DNA of 64,000 nt from an uncultured Candidatus Binatia bacterium (GCA_965242525.1 OZ251459.1:2304001-2368000); one strand, 5' to 3'. Shown: positions 10,110 through 20,369, counted from the first letter of the stretch. Made by a program: numbers and translations. Notes: generated by a model from the letters alone, not told the origin.

Positions 10110-11027
10110 TCACACGAGGGTCAACCAGTGGCGGTACGTCTCGTCCCGGCCCCGGACCACGGCGAAGAAGGCTTGCTGCAGGTCGAGGGTCACGGGACCC
10201 GGCTTGCCCGCGCCGATGACCCGGTCGTCCACTTCCCGGATGGGCGTCACCTCGGCCGCGGTGCCGGTCAGGAACGCCTCGTCGGCCACGTAGAGCTCGT
10301 CCCGGGCGAACCGCTCCTCGGACACGCGGTACCCCTTCCGCCGGGCCAGCTCGACGACGCCGGCCCGGGTGATGCCGGGGAGTATGGCGGTCACGGGCGG
10401 GGTCTTCAACTCTCCGTCCCTGACGATGAAGAGGTTCTCGCCGCTCGCCTCCGAGACGCACCCCTCGTTGTCGAGCATGATGGCTTCGTCGTACCCGGCG
10501 CGCTTGGCCTCGCCCTTGGCCAGCACCGAGTTCACGTAGTTGCCGGATATCTTGCTGCTGGTCATCATCACGTTGACGTGGTGCCGCGTATAGGAGGACA
10601 CCTTGGCCCGGATGCCCGACTCCACGCCCTCGTCGCCCAGGTAGGCCCCCCAGGTCCACGCCGCCACGATCACCCGCACGGGGTTGTGGACCGCGTACAG
10701 CCCCCTGTCCCCGTCGCCCAGGAACGCCAGCGGGCGGATGTAGCACTCCTCCAGCCGGTTGGCCCGGACCACTTCCAGCACCGCCTCCGCCATCCGTTCG
10801 ACGCTGTACGGCAGGGGCGCCCCGAGGATATGCCCCGAATCCCGGAACCGTCTCAGGTGCTCGTCCAGCCGGAAGACCGCGGATTTCCCGTCTTCGAGCC
10901 GGTAGCAGCGGATGCCTTCGAAATACGCGGTGCCGTAATGGAGTCCATGACTCATGACGTGGACCCGGGCGTCGTCCCAATCCACCAGTTCCCCGTCAAC
11001 CCAGATCTTTTCACTGTTCAGAGACAT
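10110..11027 (-). CDS. ilvE: Branched-chain amino acid aminotransferase
   Basis: HGLHYGTAYFEGIR, FRLDEHLRR, KISGNY, EASGENLF, ILPGITR, TGTAAEVTP. Confidence 0.94.
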   Translation of the reverse strand: MSLNSEKIWVDGELVDWDDARVHVMSHGLHYGTAYFEGIRCYRLEDGKSAVFRLDEHLRRFRDSGHILGAPLPYSVERMAEAVLEVVRANRLEECYIRPLAFLGDGDRGLYAVHNPVRVIVAAWTWGAYLGDEGVESGIRAKVSSYTRHHVNVMMTSSKISGNYVNSVLAKGEAKRAGYDEAIMLDNEGCVSEASGENLFIVRDGELKTPPVTAILPGITRAGVVELARRKGYRVSEERFARDELYVADEAFLTGTAAEVTPIREVDDRVIGAGKPGPVTLDLQQAFFAVVRGRDETYRHWLTLV

Positions 11028-11085
11028 GGACACTCCCCGGGCCGCGCACCGCTTCGGCCACGCTCGCGCACCGGTCGGAACGACG

Positions 11086-11116
11086 AAAAGGCCACCACGC
11101 CGAGGCCATGGTGGCC
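11086..11116 (-). terminator. Intrinsic terminator or attenuator in the ilvE leader
   Basis: Minus strand reads GGCCACCATG-GCCTCGG-CGTGGTGGCC-TTTT, about 60 nt upstream of the ilvE ATG. Confidence 0.55.
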
Positions 11117-11203
11117 GCCAACAGACCTTGAAAACCTCGTGATGAACCGCTTGGCTGCCGCAATCCGAGAGACTCCGTTTCCTTTCAGATTCGATGTGGA
11201 ATG

Positions 11204-12355
11204 TCAATCATCCGAGGCGTCCGAGGCGCTTCCCCGACCCGCGTCGTCGCCTCGGAGGGGGTCGCCGCCCGCGGAGGGCGGCTTGCGGCAGGCGGCCCGG
11301 TCCGGAGGCTCGGCGCAGGGGAAGGCCACCACGTGGGCCGGACGGAAGGCGACCTTCACCCGGGCGCCCGCGGGCAGCGCGCAAGCGGACGGCTGGCTGC
11401 TGCGGAGCTGCGCGCCCGAGGGCAGCGTCAGGTGGTACAGGGTCTCGGCGCCCCGGAACCGCCGCCGGGCGACCACGCAGTCCCCGTCCTCGGAGGCTTC
11501 CACCTCCACCTCGTTGGGCCGCGCCAACAACTCGACCCGGGCGCCGTCCGGCAGCCCGGCGTCGTTGGGAAAGCTGCCCACCTCGGTCTCGATGACCCCT
11601 CGCACGACCCCCGGAACGAAGTCCGACTGGCCCACGAAGTCGGCGACGAAACGGGTCCGCGGCTCGCCGTACAGCGTCTCCGGCCGGGAGAGCTGCTCCA
11701 GACGGCCCTGGTCGAGGACGCCGATCCGATCCGCCAGGGCGAACGCCTCGTCCTGGTCGTGGGTCACCACGATGGCGCTGGTCTCCGAGCCTTGCAGTAT
11801 CCGCAACAACTCCTCGCGCATCTCCGCGCGCATGTCCGAGTCGAGGTTGCTGAAAGGCTCGTCCAGCAGCAGCACCAGCGGGTTGGGCGCCAGCGCCCGG
11901 GCCAGGGCCACCCGCTGCTGCTGGCCGCCGGAGATCTCGTGGGGGTACCGTCGGGCGAGGTCCGCCATCCCCACCACGCCCAGCACCGCCCGGGCAACGC
12001 CGCTCCGGGACTTCCGGGACTCGTTCCGAAGTCCGAACGCCACGTTGTCCAGCAGCGTCAGGTGCGGGAACAGGGCGTAGTCCTGGAAGACCATGCCCAT
12101 GCGGCGGTCTTCGGGCTCCACCCAGGCGCCGTCCCCGGACACCGGCCGGCCGTCCAGCAGTATCCTGCCGGCGTCTGGCCGGTCGAAACCGGCGATCAGG
12201 CGCAAGGTGGTGGTCTTGCCGGAGCCGCTGGGACCCAGCAGGGCAAGGATCTCGCCCCGCCGCAGCGTGAAACCCAGGCGGGAGACCGCCGCGGGGTCGT
12301 TCCGCGCGTAGGTCTTCGAGACGTCTTCGACGATGATGAGGTCGGCGCCGGACAT
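11204..12355 (-). CDS. ABC transporter ATP-binding protein, FbpC/PotA-like with TOBE domain
   Basis: GPSGSGKTT, FQDYALFPHL, ISGGQQQR, LLLDEPFSNLD, VTHDQDEA. Confidence 0.9.
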   Translation of the reverse strand: MSGADLIIVEDVSKTYARNDPAAVSRLGFTLRRGEILALLGPSGSGKTTTLRLIAGFDRPDAGRILLDGRPVSGDGAWVEPEDRRMGMVFQDYALFPHLTLLDNVAFGLRNESRKSRSGVARAVLGVVGMADLARRYPHEISGGQQQRVALARALAPNPLVLLLDEPFSNLDSDMRAEMREELLRILQGSETSAIVVTHDQDEAFALADRIGVLDQGRLEQLSRPETLYGEPRTRFVADFVGQSDFVPGVVRGVIETEVGSFPNDAGLPDGARVELLARPNEVEVEASEDGDCVVARRRFRGAETLYHLTLPSGAQLRSSQPSACALPAGARVKVAFRPAHVVAFPCAEPPDRAACRKPPSAGGDPLRGDDAGRGSASDASDD

Positions 12356-12479
12356 TGCCTGTCCCTTCGGGAACGATCAGAAAATCCTGGAGTAGCTGCC
12401 GCTACAAGGCCGTGTGACAGGGGGCAGCCTTGGCGAAGGGGCGATGGAGCGCTTCCCGGATGCCGCCTTGTGGTCCATG

Positions 12480-14711
12480 TCACCCACTGTCGAGGGTTAC
12501 GCGGGCGTCCACGATCTGCTGCAACAGGTCCCGGGCGCGGGCGCGCCGTTCTTCGATTTCTCGATACCTGGCGGCCATCCCCCTCTGGAGCTCCAGGCTC
12601 ATCACCCCGTCATCCGACACCGGGACAGGCGCCGCCACCTGTACGATGTTCTTCAGTTTCGCCCGGTAGGTGCGGTCGAATCCGTATCGTTCGCGCGTTG
12701 CGCGCAGGGTGTGCCACAGGTATTCAGGGTCGATGTTCGGGTCGCGAATACGCAGCACTCCACAGTGGTCCGTCAGATGGAACCTCGTCCCGGCCTCTAT
12801 GAAACGCCAATCGAAGTTGCCGTCCACGCCCCATACGATGGACGGCCGGCTCCAGTCGTTCCCGAGAAGTCGGGACTCCGTGACGTGGCCGAAAACGTCA
12901 TGCACGTTTGCGCTGATGCACGGGATGTCCCCTTCCAGGGAGTCCTTTTTGAGGACTCGTTCGCCAATCTGGACTTCGAACAGGCTTTCGTCGCCGAGGG
13001 ATACGTTGACGAACCGCACCTGTTCCATGCCCGATGGATCCAGCGGCTCGCATCCCGCCAACGACAGGAGGTCGTTGAATTCCCGGATGTCCAGTTCTTC
13101 CGCTTCTTCGACCTCCCCCAATTCCTGCAATTCGTCGGGGGACCAGTAACGATCCGCCATCCAGTGGCGGTATCCGTCGAAAGTCGTCCACGGAACCACC
13201 TTGCAGCGAAGGCTCGGCGAAGCGAAAGTGTCGGGCGAACCCTTGAACTGGTTGAAGAGGCCCGTCATCTCCGTCAGGTCGTTCTGCGCGACGGCCCACC
13301 TGCGCGCGTCCCTCGACTCGCCGATTTCCGAAACCAGGTACGTAAACACGGGACTGCGTTGCGGCAGGTCGTCCCTGCCCTTGCGCTGGATTGCGAGAAT
13401 GTAGGTCTTCTTCGGCGTGGAATAGAAAGTGCGAACGGGCAACGAGACCACGGCGCGAACGAAACACGCGCGCTTGACGTAGTCCAGCATGGCTTCCTGG
13501 TTGAGGAGGCCGTCGGGCACGATCACGAAGGCGGAACCCCCCGGCTTCAGGCTCCGTATGATCCATTGCAGGGCCAACGCCTCGGTTCCGCGACCGGATG
13601 CCGGGTATCTATCCGTCAACCCCGCATCCGTGAGCGCAGCTTTCAGGCTGCTGGAGCCGCGCGTCACGTAGGGCGGGTTCGTGAGGATGAGGTCATGCCG
13701 CCCGTCGTCGTCCATCTCGAAGGTGCCGAGATTGGTCCGCAACAGGACGAACATCGAGTTGACTACCTTGCGGGCAAACTCCGAAATGAACTCGGAGTCG
13801 TGATACTTCGCCATCAGGTCGGAGAAATAGATGATGGTGTTGGCTTTCGCCAGTATGATCGTCCTCTCGTCCTCCCTTTCATCGGTGCCCCTGTCGTAGC
13901 CGACGATCGACACCGCAGGTTCGATGGCTCCGTTGTGCGGCTCGAACTGCGCCAACAGGCGAGGGCTTTCGATAATGGCCTCGAGCAGGAAACCGCCTAC
14001 GCCGCAGAACGGGTCGCACAGAGAGGCGCCGTCGGGCAGCGCATCGGCGTCCGACATCCTCACCACGGCCTGGACCACGTTCCGGGGCGTGAAGTATTGA
14101 CCGAGAAGACGCAATCCGGCGCTCTCCCGCAGAAAGGACTCATAGAGGCGCGTCTTGAATTCACGCTGGATGTACCTGAAGGATCCCTGCTGTCTGTCGA
14201 AAGCCTGGAAGTCGTCCAGGACCTCGCAAAACAGGCGGGCCTGGGACAGGTTGGGTTCGCCCCTCTCGTTCACGAAGATCGTGCCGTTGATGATCGTCGT
14301 ATGGTCCGGGCCGTCAGGGAAAAGCCGGCGAATGGCCTGGCGGCTCAACCGGGCATAGCTCGTCAAGGCCGCTTCGCGCCCGGCCTCCTTGCCAAGCTCA
14401 TGGACCTGGGCGAAATTGTTGTGCGCCTCCAGTACCCCGAGGTCCGAAAGGAACTTGAAAACGAACAACTCGACGACGTTGTACAGGCACTTCTCGGGCT
14501 CTTTCCCGGTGTTGATCCAGATCTTCTGCCAGATCGTGCGCGCAAGTTGCGAGGGGTCCAGGAGCGCCGGGCTGCTTATGTGATCGTTGGCGGACGACAG
14601 GGAATGATCCGCTTCATCGATCGTCCGTTCGATCCGCCTCAGTTCTTCGACCGACGCGGCACGGGTCACGAGCGCCTTGGCGTCGAACGTTTGCAACAGC
14701 TCCTCGCTCAT
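12480..14711 (-). CDS. N6-adenine DNA methyltransferase (HsdM/type IIG-like) fused to a C-terminal TRD; no nuclease domain evident
   Basis: Motifs GQYFTP, DPFCGVGGF, LTNPPY, IVPDGLL; HsdS-like C-terminus (DPEYLWHTLR...PVPVS...LELQRGMA); visibly lower GC than its neighbours. Confidence 0.85.
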   Translation of the reverse strand: MSEELLQTFDAKALVTRAASVEELRRIERTIDEADHSLSSANDHISSPALLDPSQLARTIWQKIWINTGKEPEKCLYNVVELFVFKFLSDLGVLEAHNNFAQVHELGKEAGREAALTSYARLSRQAIRRLFPDGPDHTTIINGTIFVNERGEPNLSQARLFCEVLDDFQAFDRQQGSFRYIQREFKTRLYESFLRESAGLRLLGQYFTPRNVVQAVVRMSDADALPDGASLCDPFCGVGGFLLEAIIESPRLLAQFEPHNGAIEPAVSIVGYDRGTDEREDERTIILAKANTIIYFSDLMAKYHDSEFISEFARKVVNSMFVLLRTNLGTFEMDDDGRHDLILTNPPYVTRGSSSLKAALTDAGLTDRYPASGRGTEALALQWIIRSLKPGGSAFVIVPDGLLNQEAMLDYVKRACFVRAVVSLPVRTFYSTPKKTYILAIQRKGRDDLPQRSPVFTYLVSEIGESRDARRWAVAQNDLTEMTGLFNQFKGSPDTFASPSLRCKVVPWTTFDGYRHWMADRYWSPDELQELGEVEEAEELDIREFNDLLSLAGCEPLDPSGMEQVRFVNVSLGDESLFEVQIGERVLKKDSLEGDIPCISANVHDVFGHVTESRLLGNDWSRPSIVWGVDGNFDWRFIEAGTRFHLTDHCGVLRIRDPNIDPEYLWHTLRATRERYGFDRTYRAKLKNIVQVAAPVPVSDDGVMSLELQRGMAARYREIEERRARARDLLQQIVDARVTLDSG

Positions 14712-14766
14712 CCCTGCACCCTGATGGTTGTCGCCAAGGGCCGGTTGCCTGGGGACACCGGCCTTC

Positions 14767-16107
14767 TCACGCCTCGCGGACCGCGTCCGCGGACGCGCCT
14801 TCGCCGATGTCGAGCCACCAGCGATCCAGGTCCCGCAGGGACCGTTCGGCCATGAGTTCCTTCTTGCGCTTCCCCTTGGCCTTGAAGGGGAGCGCCGGGA
14901 ACAGGCCGAAGTTGACGTTCATGGGCTGGAAGGCTTGCCTGCCGGCATCGGTGATGTAACGCAGCAGCGCGCCCAGGGCGGTGGTGGCGGGCGGGGTCAC
15001 CAGCGCCGCGCCCGCGGCCAGGCGGGCGGCGTTGACGCCTGCCAGCAGCCCCGACGCGGCCGATTCCACGTACCCCTCGACCCCGGTGATCTGGCCGGCG
15101 AAGAAGAGCCGCGGCGCCCCGCGCCATTGCAGCGTGGGCAACAGGTGCCGGGGCGCGTTGAGGAAGGTGTTGCGGTGCAGGCTGCCGTAACGGACGAACT
15201 CCGCCCCGGCCAACCCCGGTATCAGCGAGAACACCCGCTTCTGCTCGGGGTACGTCATCTTGGTCTGGAAGCCCACGAGGTTGTACAACCCGCCCTCGCG
15301 GTCTTCCTGCCGCAACTGCACCACCGCGTAGGGCCTCCGGCCGGTGGCCGGGTCCACCAGGCCGGTGGGCCTCATGGGGCCGAAGGCGAGGGTCTCCCGG
15401 CCTCTCCGCGCCATCTCCTCGATGGGGAGGCATCCCTCGAAGAACCGCTCGAAGCTCCGCACCGGCACCTTGTCCGCGGCCGCCACCGCGTCCACCAGCC
15501 GGTAGTACTCGGCCTGGGTCAACGGCAGGTTCAGGTAGTCGCCGGGGTTCTCGTCGTAACGCGACGCCCGGAAGGCCACGGACGGGTCCACCGACTCCGC
15601 GGTGACCACCGGCGAGATGGCGTCGTAGTAATAGAGGTGCTCGGCCCCCAGCAGCTCCCGGAGGCGCTCGGAAAGGGGCTGCGCCGTAAGCGGTCCGGTG
15701 GCGACGATGGCGGTCCCCGGGGGGATGGCGTCCAGCTCCCGCCGGATCAGCCGCACGCCCGGCAGCGACGCCAGCCGTTCCGAGACGGCCCGGGCGAACC
15801 GCGCGCGGTCCACCGCCAGGGCCGACCCCGCGGGCACTTGGTGCGCCTCCCCCAGCTCGATGGTCAACGAGCCCATGCGCCGCATCTCTTCCTTCAGCAG
15901 CCCCGCGCCGGTGGTCAACGACCGGGAGCGGAACGAGTTGCTGCACACCAGCTCGGCCAAGTGGCCGGTGACGTGGGCCTCGGTGCGGGTGACCGGCCTC
16001 ATCTCGTACAGGTCCACCGGAATCCCCCGTCTGGCGAGCTGCCAAGCCGCCTCGCACCCGGCCAACCCGCCGCCCACGATGTTGATGCGCTCAAGGTCTT
16101 CGCTCAT
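14767..16107 (-). CDS. trmFO: Methylenetetrahydrofolate-tRNA-(uracil-5-)-methyltransferase
   Basis: [52 protein letters not shown]. Confidence 0.95.
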   Translation of the reverse strand: MSEDLERINIVGGGLAGCEAAWQLARRGIPVDLYEMRPVTRTEAHVTGHLAELVCSNSFRSRSLTTGAGLLKEEMRRMGSLTIELGEAHQVPAGSALAVDRARFARAVSERLASLPGVRLIRRELDAIPPGTAIVATGPLTAQPLSERLRELLGAEHLYYYDAISPVVTAESVDPSVAFRASRYDENPGDYLNLPLTQAEYYRLVDAVAAADKVPVRSFERFFEGCLPIEEMARRGRETLAFGPMRPTGLVDPATGRRPYAVVQLRQEDREGGLYNLVGFQTKMTYPEQKRVFSLIPGLAGAEFVRYGSLHRNTFLNAPRHLLPTLQWRGAPRLFFAGQITGVEGYVESAASGLLAGVNAARLAAGAALVTPPATTALGALLRYITDAGRQAFQPMNVNFGLFPALPFKAKGKRKKELMAERSLRDLDRWWLDIGEGASADAVREA

Positions 16108-16215
16108 GTGGATGCGTCATCCTGCGCCGGTCCGCACCGGGGGCGCCGGCCGTTGGTCCGTCGGGGAACGTCGGTTCCATTCCGGCTCGAACTCCCCCTC
16201 CCTGTGGCAAAGCGC

Positions 16216-16387
16216 GTCCTTCGACTCCGCTTCGCTACGCTCAGGACGAACGGGGAACTCAGGACGAACGGAGACGATCGTTCCGAGTTTTCTGGCACTT
16301 CCGGAATTCGTGTGGGTTGCGACACTCCCCATCCCGTCATTCCCGCGAAAGCCCCACTCTCGTCATTCCCGCGAAAGCGGGAATCCA
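16216..16387. repeat. Repeat cluster: REP family 1 (reverse), ISL3-like end (16294-16327), REP family 2 (one full and one half copy)
   Basis: Direct sequence matches to copies elsewhere in the window. Confidence 0.7.
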
Positions 16388-16424
16388 TCCAGTTTCCTCG
16401 CTCTCGTTGTACAAACATCTCATA

Positions 16425-16564
16425 GGAACCTCTGAACAATCGAGACATCCGGGATGGATTCCCGATTCCCTCACCCTGACGCCCCTATCCCCGTTCGTCC
16501 TGAGCGTAGCGAAGCGGAGTCGAAGGACGGCTCATGCCCTCTGTCCCGATTGTTCAGAGGTTCC
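16425..16564. mobile_element. MITE-like unit with 23-bp TIRs
   Basis: GGAACCTCTGAACAATCGAGACA ... TGTCCCGATTGTTCAGAGGTTCC (22/23 inverted match); internal REP family 1; nearly co-linear with the reverse complement of 53325-53458. Confidence 0.75.
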
Positions 16565-16607
16565 TTATGTCCTCGTTCCGAATTTCATCGGGTCCGTTGC
16601 GCGTCCG

Positions 16608-17750
16608 TTACCTGCCGACTGCCGAGTTTACCGCATATCTGTTTCCTGGCAACTGCCGCAGCAGACCTTGCAACTCCAGGTCCAGCAGCACCTCGCATAC
16701 CTGCGGCGCCGAAAGGCCGAGCCGGTGGACCAGGTCGTCCACGTGCAGGGGGCCGTCCCGGAGGTCCCGGAGGACCGCGCGGGCCGGGCCTTCCGGCAGG
16801 GACTCGTCAAGCGAAGCTTCGCTGGCGCCGTCGGCCGGCGACGGCGGCGGCCCGGCCTCGGCCGCAAGCTGCGGCGCGATCTCCTCGATGATGTCCACCA
16901 CGTCCTCCACCAGCTTGGCCCCCTGGCGGATCAGCCGGTGGGGTCCCCGGCTGCGGCTGGCGCCGGCCTTTCCCGGCACCGCGAAGACCTCCCGGCCCTG
17001 CTCCAGCGCCCACCGGGCGGTGATCAGCGAACCGCTCCGTTCGGTGGCTTCCACCACCACCACGCCCAGGGAAAGCCCGCTTATGATGCGGTTGCGGGCC
17101 GGGAAATGGTGCGGCAGGGGGCGCGTGCCCATGGCGTATTCCGAGAGCACCGCGCCGCTCCCTTCGATCCGGCGGCAGAGGTCCCGGTGCTCCGGCGGAT
17201 AGGCCACGTCCACCCCCGATCCCAGCACCGCCAGCGTAAGGCCGCCTCGGGCCAGCGCGGTCTCGTGGGCCTCGCCGTCGATGCCCCGGGCCATGCCGCT
17301 GACCACGCCGACCCCCGCCGCGGCCAACCCCCGGCACAGCAGGCGGGTCATCTCCAGGCCGTACTCGCTCGGCGCCCGGGTGCCCACCACGCCCACCGAG
17401 GGACGCCCGGCCGCTTCGGGCGAACCCCTGAGGTACAGCACCGGGGGCGGGTCCGGCATGGCGCGCAAACGCTCGGGGTAGGTCTCGTCGGCGTACCGCA
17501 CGAGCCGGACCCCGGCCTCCCGCACCCGGCGCAACTCCTCCGCCAGAACGTCCCACTCGCGGAAGGCCGCGATCCCGGCCGCGGCCTCCCGGGTCAGGCC
17601 GGGGACTTGGCGCAGCGCCCCGGGGCCGCGGAAGAAGACCTCGGTGGGGTCGGCGAAGACCTCCGCGATGCGCCGGAAGCCCGCGCACCCGAGTCCCGGG
17701 ACACGGGCAAAGGCGAGCCAGCAGAGCTCCCTCCGGCTCTCATCCGGCAC
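16608..17750 (-). CDS. dprA: DNA-protecting protein DprA
   Basis: PDPPPVLYLRG, VVGTRAPSEYG, SGMARGIDG, FPARNRIISGLS, SGSLITA, LIRQGAKLV. Confidence 0.95.
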   Translation of the reverse strand: MPDESRRELCWLAFARVPGLGCAGFRRIAEVFADPTEVFFRGPGALRQVPGLTREAAAGIAAFREWDVLAEELRRVREAGVRLVRYADETYPERLRAMPDPPPVLYLRGSPEAAGRPSVGVVGTRAPSEYGLEMTRLLCRGLAAAGVGVVSGMARGIDGEAHETALARGGLTLAVLGSGVDVAYPPEHRDLCRRIEGSGAVLSEYAMGTRPLPHHFPARNRIISGLSLGVVVVEATERSGSLITARWALEQGREVFAVPGKAGASRSRGPHRLIRQGAKLVEDVVDIIEEIAPQLAAEAGPPPSPADGASEASLDESLPEGPARAVLRDLRDGPLHVDDLVHRLGLSAPQVCEVLLDLELQGLLRQLPGNRYAVNSAVGR

Positions 17751-17762
17751 ACGAGCATCCTG

Positions 17763-19244
17763 TCACCGGCCGTCTCCCTTGCCGGTCCGGGGCCGCAGCG
17801 CCAGGCGCACCGGAACGTGGTCGAACCCCAACTCCGCGCGCAGGCCCTTGACGAGGTAGCGCCGGTAGCCCGCCCCCACGCCTTCCGGATGGTTGACGAA
17901 CAGCGTGAACGTCGGCGGCTGCACCGCGGTCTGGGCCGCGTAGTAGAACTTCACCGCGCGGCCGCGGAACTGGGGCGCCGCGTGCCCCTCGGCGAGGCGG
18001 CGCAGCGTGCGGTTGAGCGCCGGTGTCCTGATCCAGGTGCGCTGGGCCCGGTCCACCCGGAGCGCGGTATCCATCAGCTTCGCCATGCCCGACCCCTCCA
18101 TAGCGGACAAGGAAACGATCGGCACATGTTCGGCAAACGGTAGCCGCCGGCGCAAAAATTTCCCGTACTCCGCCAGGCTCAGGCGCTCCGTGTCCAGCAG
18201 GTCCCACTTGTTGAGGCCCAGGACCATGGCCTTGCCCCGATGGAAGGCGTAGGACATGACCTGGGCGTCCTGGTCCGCCACCCCTTCGGAACCGTCCAGC
18301 AGGTAGAGGACCACGTCGCCCCGGTCCACCGAGCGCAGCGCCCGGCTCACGCTGTAACGCTCCACCGCGTCCACCACCCGGGACTTGCGCCGGATGCCGG
18401 CCGTGTCGGTCAGGCGGCAGGGGGTCCCGCGCCAGTCGAAGGCGGCCTGGAGCGCGTCCCGGGTGGTGCCGGGCTGCGAATCCACCAGCGACCGGTCGTA
18501 GCCGAGCAGTCGGTTCACCAGCGTGGACTTGCCCACGTTGGGGCGGCCGACCACGGCCAGGGCCAGGGGCTCCTCCGCGTCCGGGGTCTCCTCACGGTCC
18601 CGGGACGGTGGTCGGAGACGGCCCCGACCCCCGGCGCTTGGATCTGCGACGCCGTCCCGGGCCGCGCCGCGGCCCCGGGACGGGGGTGTTCCGGTCGCGT
18701 CGGGGGCGAGGGGCGGCCGGGCGCCCCCGCGCTCGGTGGGCAGGGCTTCGAGGATCTCCCGCATGAGGTCGGCGACGCCCAACCCGTGCTCCGCGGACAG
18801 GGGGAACAGCCGCTCGACCCCCAGGTGGTAGAACTCGTAGAGGTCGCTCTCACGGGCGCCGGTGTCCAGCTTGTTCACCGCGAAGAAGACCCGCTTGGGC
18901 GTCCGCCGCAGCAACTCCACCGCGTCCGCGTCCAGGGGAGTGGGGCCGGCGCGGCCGTCCAGCAGGAACAGGACCACGTCGGCCTCCGCCACCGCGGTCA
19001 GGGTCTGCTGCAGCACCCGTCCCTTGAGCCCCCGGCGCTCGTCCGGCTCCAGCCCCCCGGTATCCACCAGCATGAACCGGCGACCGCGCCACGCCGCCTC
19101 GTTGTAGTTCCGGTCCCGGGTCACCCCGGGCCGGTCGTCCACGATGGCGCGCCGGGCGCGGCTCAGCCGGTTGAAGAAGGTGGATTTGCCCACGTTGGGG
19201 CGGCCCACGATGGCCAACACCGGCAGGTGACGGGAGGCGTCCAT
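17763..19244 (-). CDS. der: Ribosome biogenesis GTPase Der (EngA)
   Basis: Two GRPNVGKS G-domains, DTGG/DTAG, NKLD/NKWD and a C-terminal KH-like domain; TGATG coupling to era. Confidence 0.95.
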   Translation of the reverse strand: MDASRHLPVLAIVGRPNVGKSTFFNRLSRARRAIVDDRPGVTRDRNYNEAAWRGRRFMLVDTGGLEPDERRGLKGRVLQQTLTAVAEADVVLFLLDGRAGPTPLDADAVELLRRTPKRVFFAVNKLDTGARESDLYEFYHLGVERLFPLSAEHGLGVADLMREILEALPTERGGARPPLAPDATGTPPSRGRGAARDGVADPSAGGRGRLRPPSRDREETPDAEEPLALAVVGRPNVGKSTLVNRLLGYDRSLVDSQPGTTRDALQAAFDWRGTPCRLTDTAGIRRKSRVVDAVERYSVSRALRSVDRGDVVLYLLDGSEGVADQDAQVMSYAFHRGKAMVLGLNKWDLLDTERLSLAEYGKFLRRRLPFAEHVPIVSLSAMEGSGMAKLMDTALRVDRAQRTWIRTPALNRTLRRLAEGHAAPQFRGRAVKFYYAAQTAVQPPTFTLFVNHPEGVGAGYRRYLVKGLRAELGFDHVPVRLALRPRTGKGDGR

Positions 19245-20179
19245 CACAGGCCGAACGCCGCCAGGCTCCGGGTGTCCCGGCTCCAGCCGGGGGCGGCCTT
19301 GACGGCGAGTTCCAGATAGACCCGGCAGCCCAGCAGGCGCTCCAACTCTTCCCGCGCCGCGCTGCCGATCTGCTTGAGCGTTGCGCCGCGCTTGCCGATG
19401 AGGATCGGCTTGTGGGACTCCCGCTCGGTATGGATGGTGGCGCCGATGACCACCAGGCTGCCGCCGCTCTTTTCCTCGAAGCTCTCGACCGTCACCGCGG
19501 CGCCGTAGGGGATCTCCTCGCGGGTGAGCAGGAACACCTTCTCCCGGACCACTTCCCCGGCCATGAACCGTTCCGTCTGGTCGGTCAACTCGTCCTCCGG
19601 GAAATAGCGCGGGCCGGGAGGGAGCCGCTCCAGGACTTCATCCGCCAGCAGGGAGGCGTTCTCGCCGGTGCGGGCGCTGACCGGGACGATCTCCCGGTCC
19701 GGCAGCAACTCGGCGCAGCGCGCCATGACCGGCAACAGCCGCGCCTTGGCCACCGCGTCGATCTTGTTCAGCGCCACCAGGGCGGGCCGGCGGCTTCCGG
19801 CGACCATGCCGGCGATGTCCTCGTCGTCCGCGCGCACGCCGCCGCGGGCGTCCACCACCCACACCACCGCGTCCACGTCGCTCACCGACCGCTTGGCCAC
19901 ATCCACCATGCGCCGGTTGAGCAGCGACCGGGCCCGATGGATCCCCGGGGTGTCCAGCAACATCATCTGCCCGCCCGCCAGGGTCTTGATGCCCATGATC
20001 CGGTTCCGGGTGGTCTGGGGCTTGGGCGAGACGATGGCGACCTTCTCCCCCAGGATCCGGTTCAGCAACGTGGACTTGCCCACGTTGGGCCGCCCCAGGA
20101 TGGCCACGAAACCGGAGCGGAACTCCCCCGCACCGGACGCCACCCCCGCACTGCGCATGGACCCGGAACCCTCTTGCAT
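19244..20179 (-). CDS. era: GTPase Era
   Basis: SGFVAILGRPNVGKSTL, KPQTTR, DTPG, NKID, EEIPY, IGKRG. Start may be 20158. Confidence 0.95.
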   Translation of the reverse strand: MQEGSGSMRSAGVASGAGEFRSGFVAILGRPNVGKSTLLNRILGEKVAIVSPKPQTTRNRIMGIKTLAGGQMMLLDTPGIHRARSLLNRRMVDVAKRSVSDVDAVVWVVDARGGVRADDEDIAGMVAGSRRPALVALNKIDAVAKARLLPVMARCAELLPDREIVPVSARTGENASLLADEVLERLPPGPRYFPEDELTDQTERFMAGEVVREKVFLLTREEIPYGAAVTVESFEEKSGGSLVVIGATIHTERESHKPILIGKRGATLKQIGSAAREELERLLGCRVYLELAVKAAPGWSRDTRSLAAFGL

Positions 20180-20228
20180 CGAACCATTATGGCACGGCCG
20201 GCACGCAGTTCAAGGTGGAGCAGTCAAA

Positions 20229-20369
20229 GGAAACCCTGGACAATTGCCCCGTTCATCCTGAGCGTAGCGCAGCGAAGTCCCCCGTTCATCCTGAGCGTAG
20301 CGTAGCGAAGTCGAAGGACGCGCTTTTTCATAGGAGAAGCACATCGAGCCGGAATTGATCGGAGGTTCC
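20229..20369. mobile_element. MITE-like unit with a CAAA target duplication
   Basis: Imperfect TIRs GGAAACCCTGGACAATT...AATTGATCGGAGGTTCC, flanked on both sides by CAAA; internal tandemly duplicated REP family 1. Confidence 0.65.

Noticed and set aside
16104-16448. Small ORFs containing PFVLSVAKRSRR or DSRFRGND (also near 45157 and 53130)
   Set aside because: These are translations of the REP-like repeats, not proteins.
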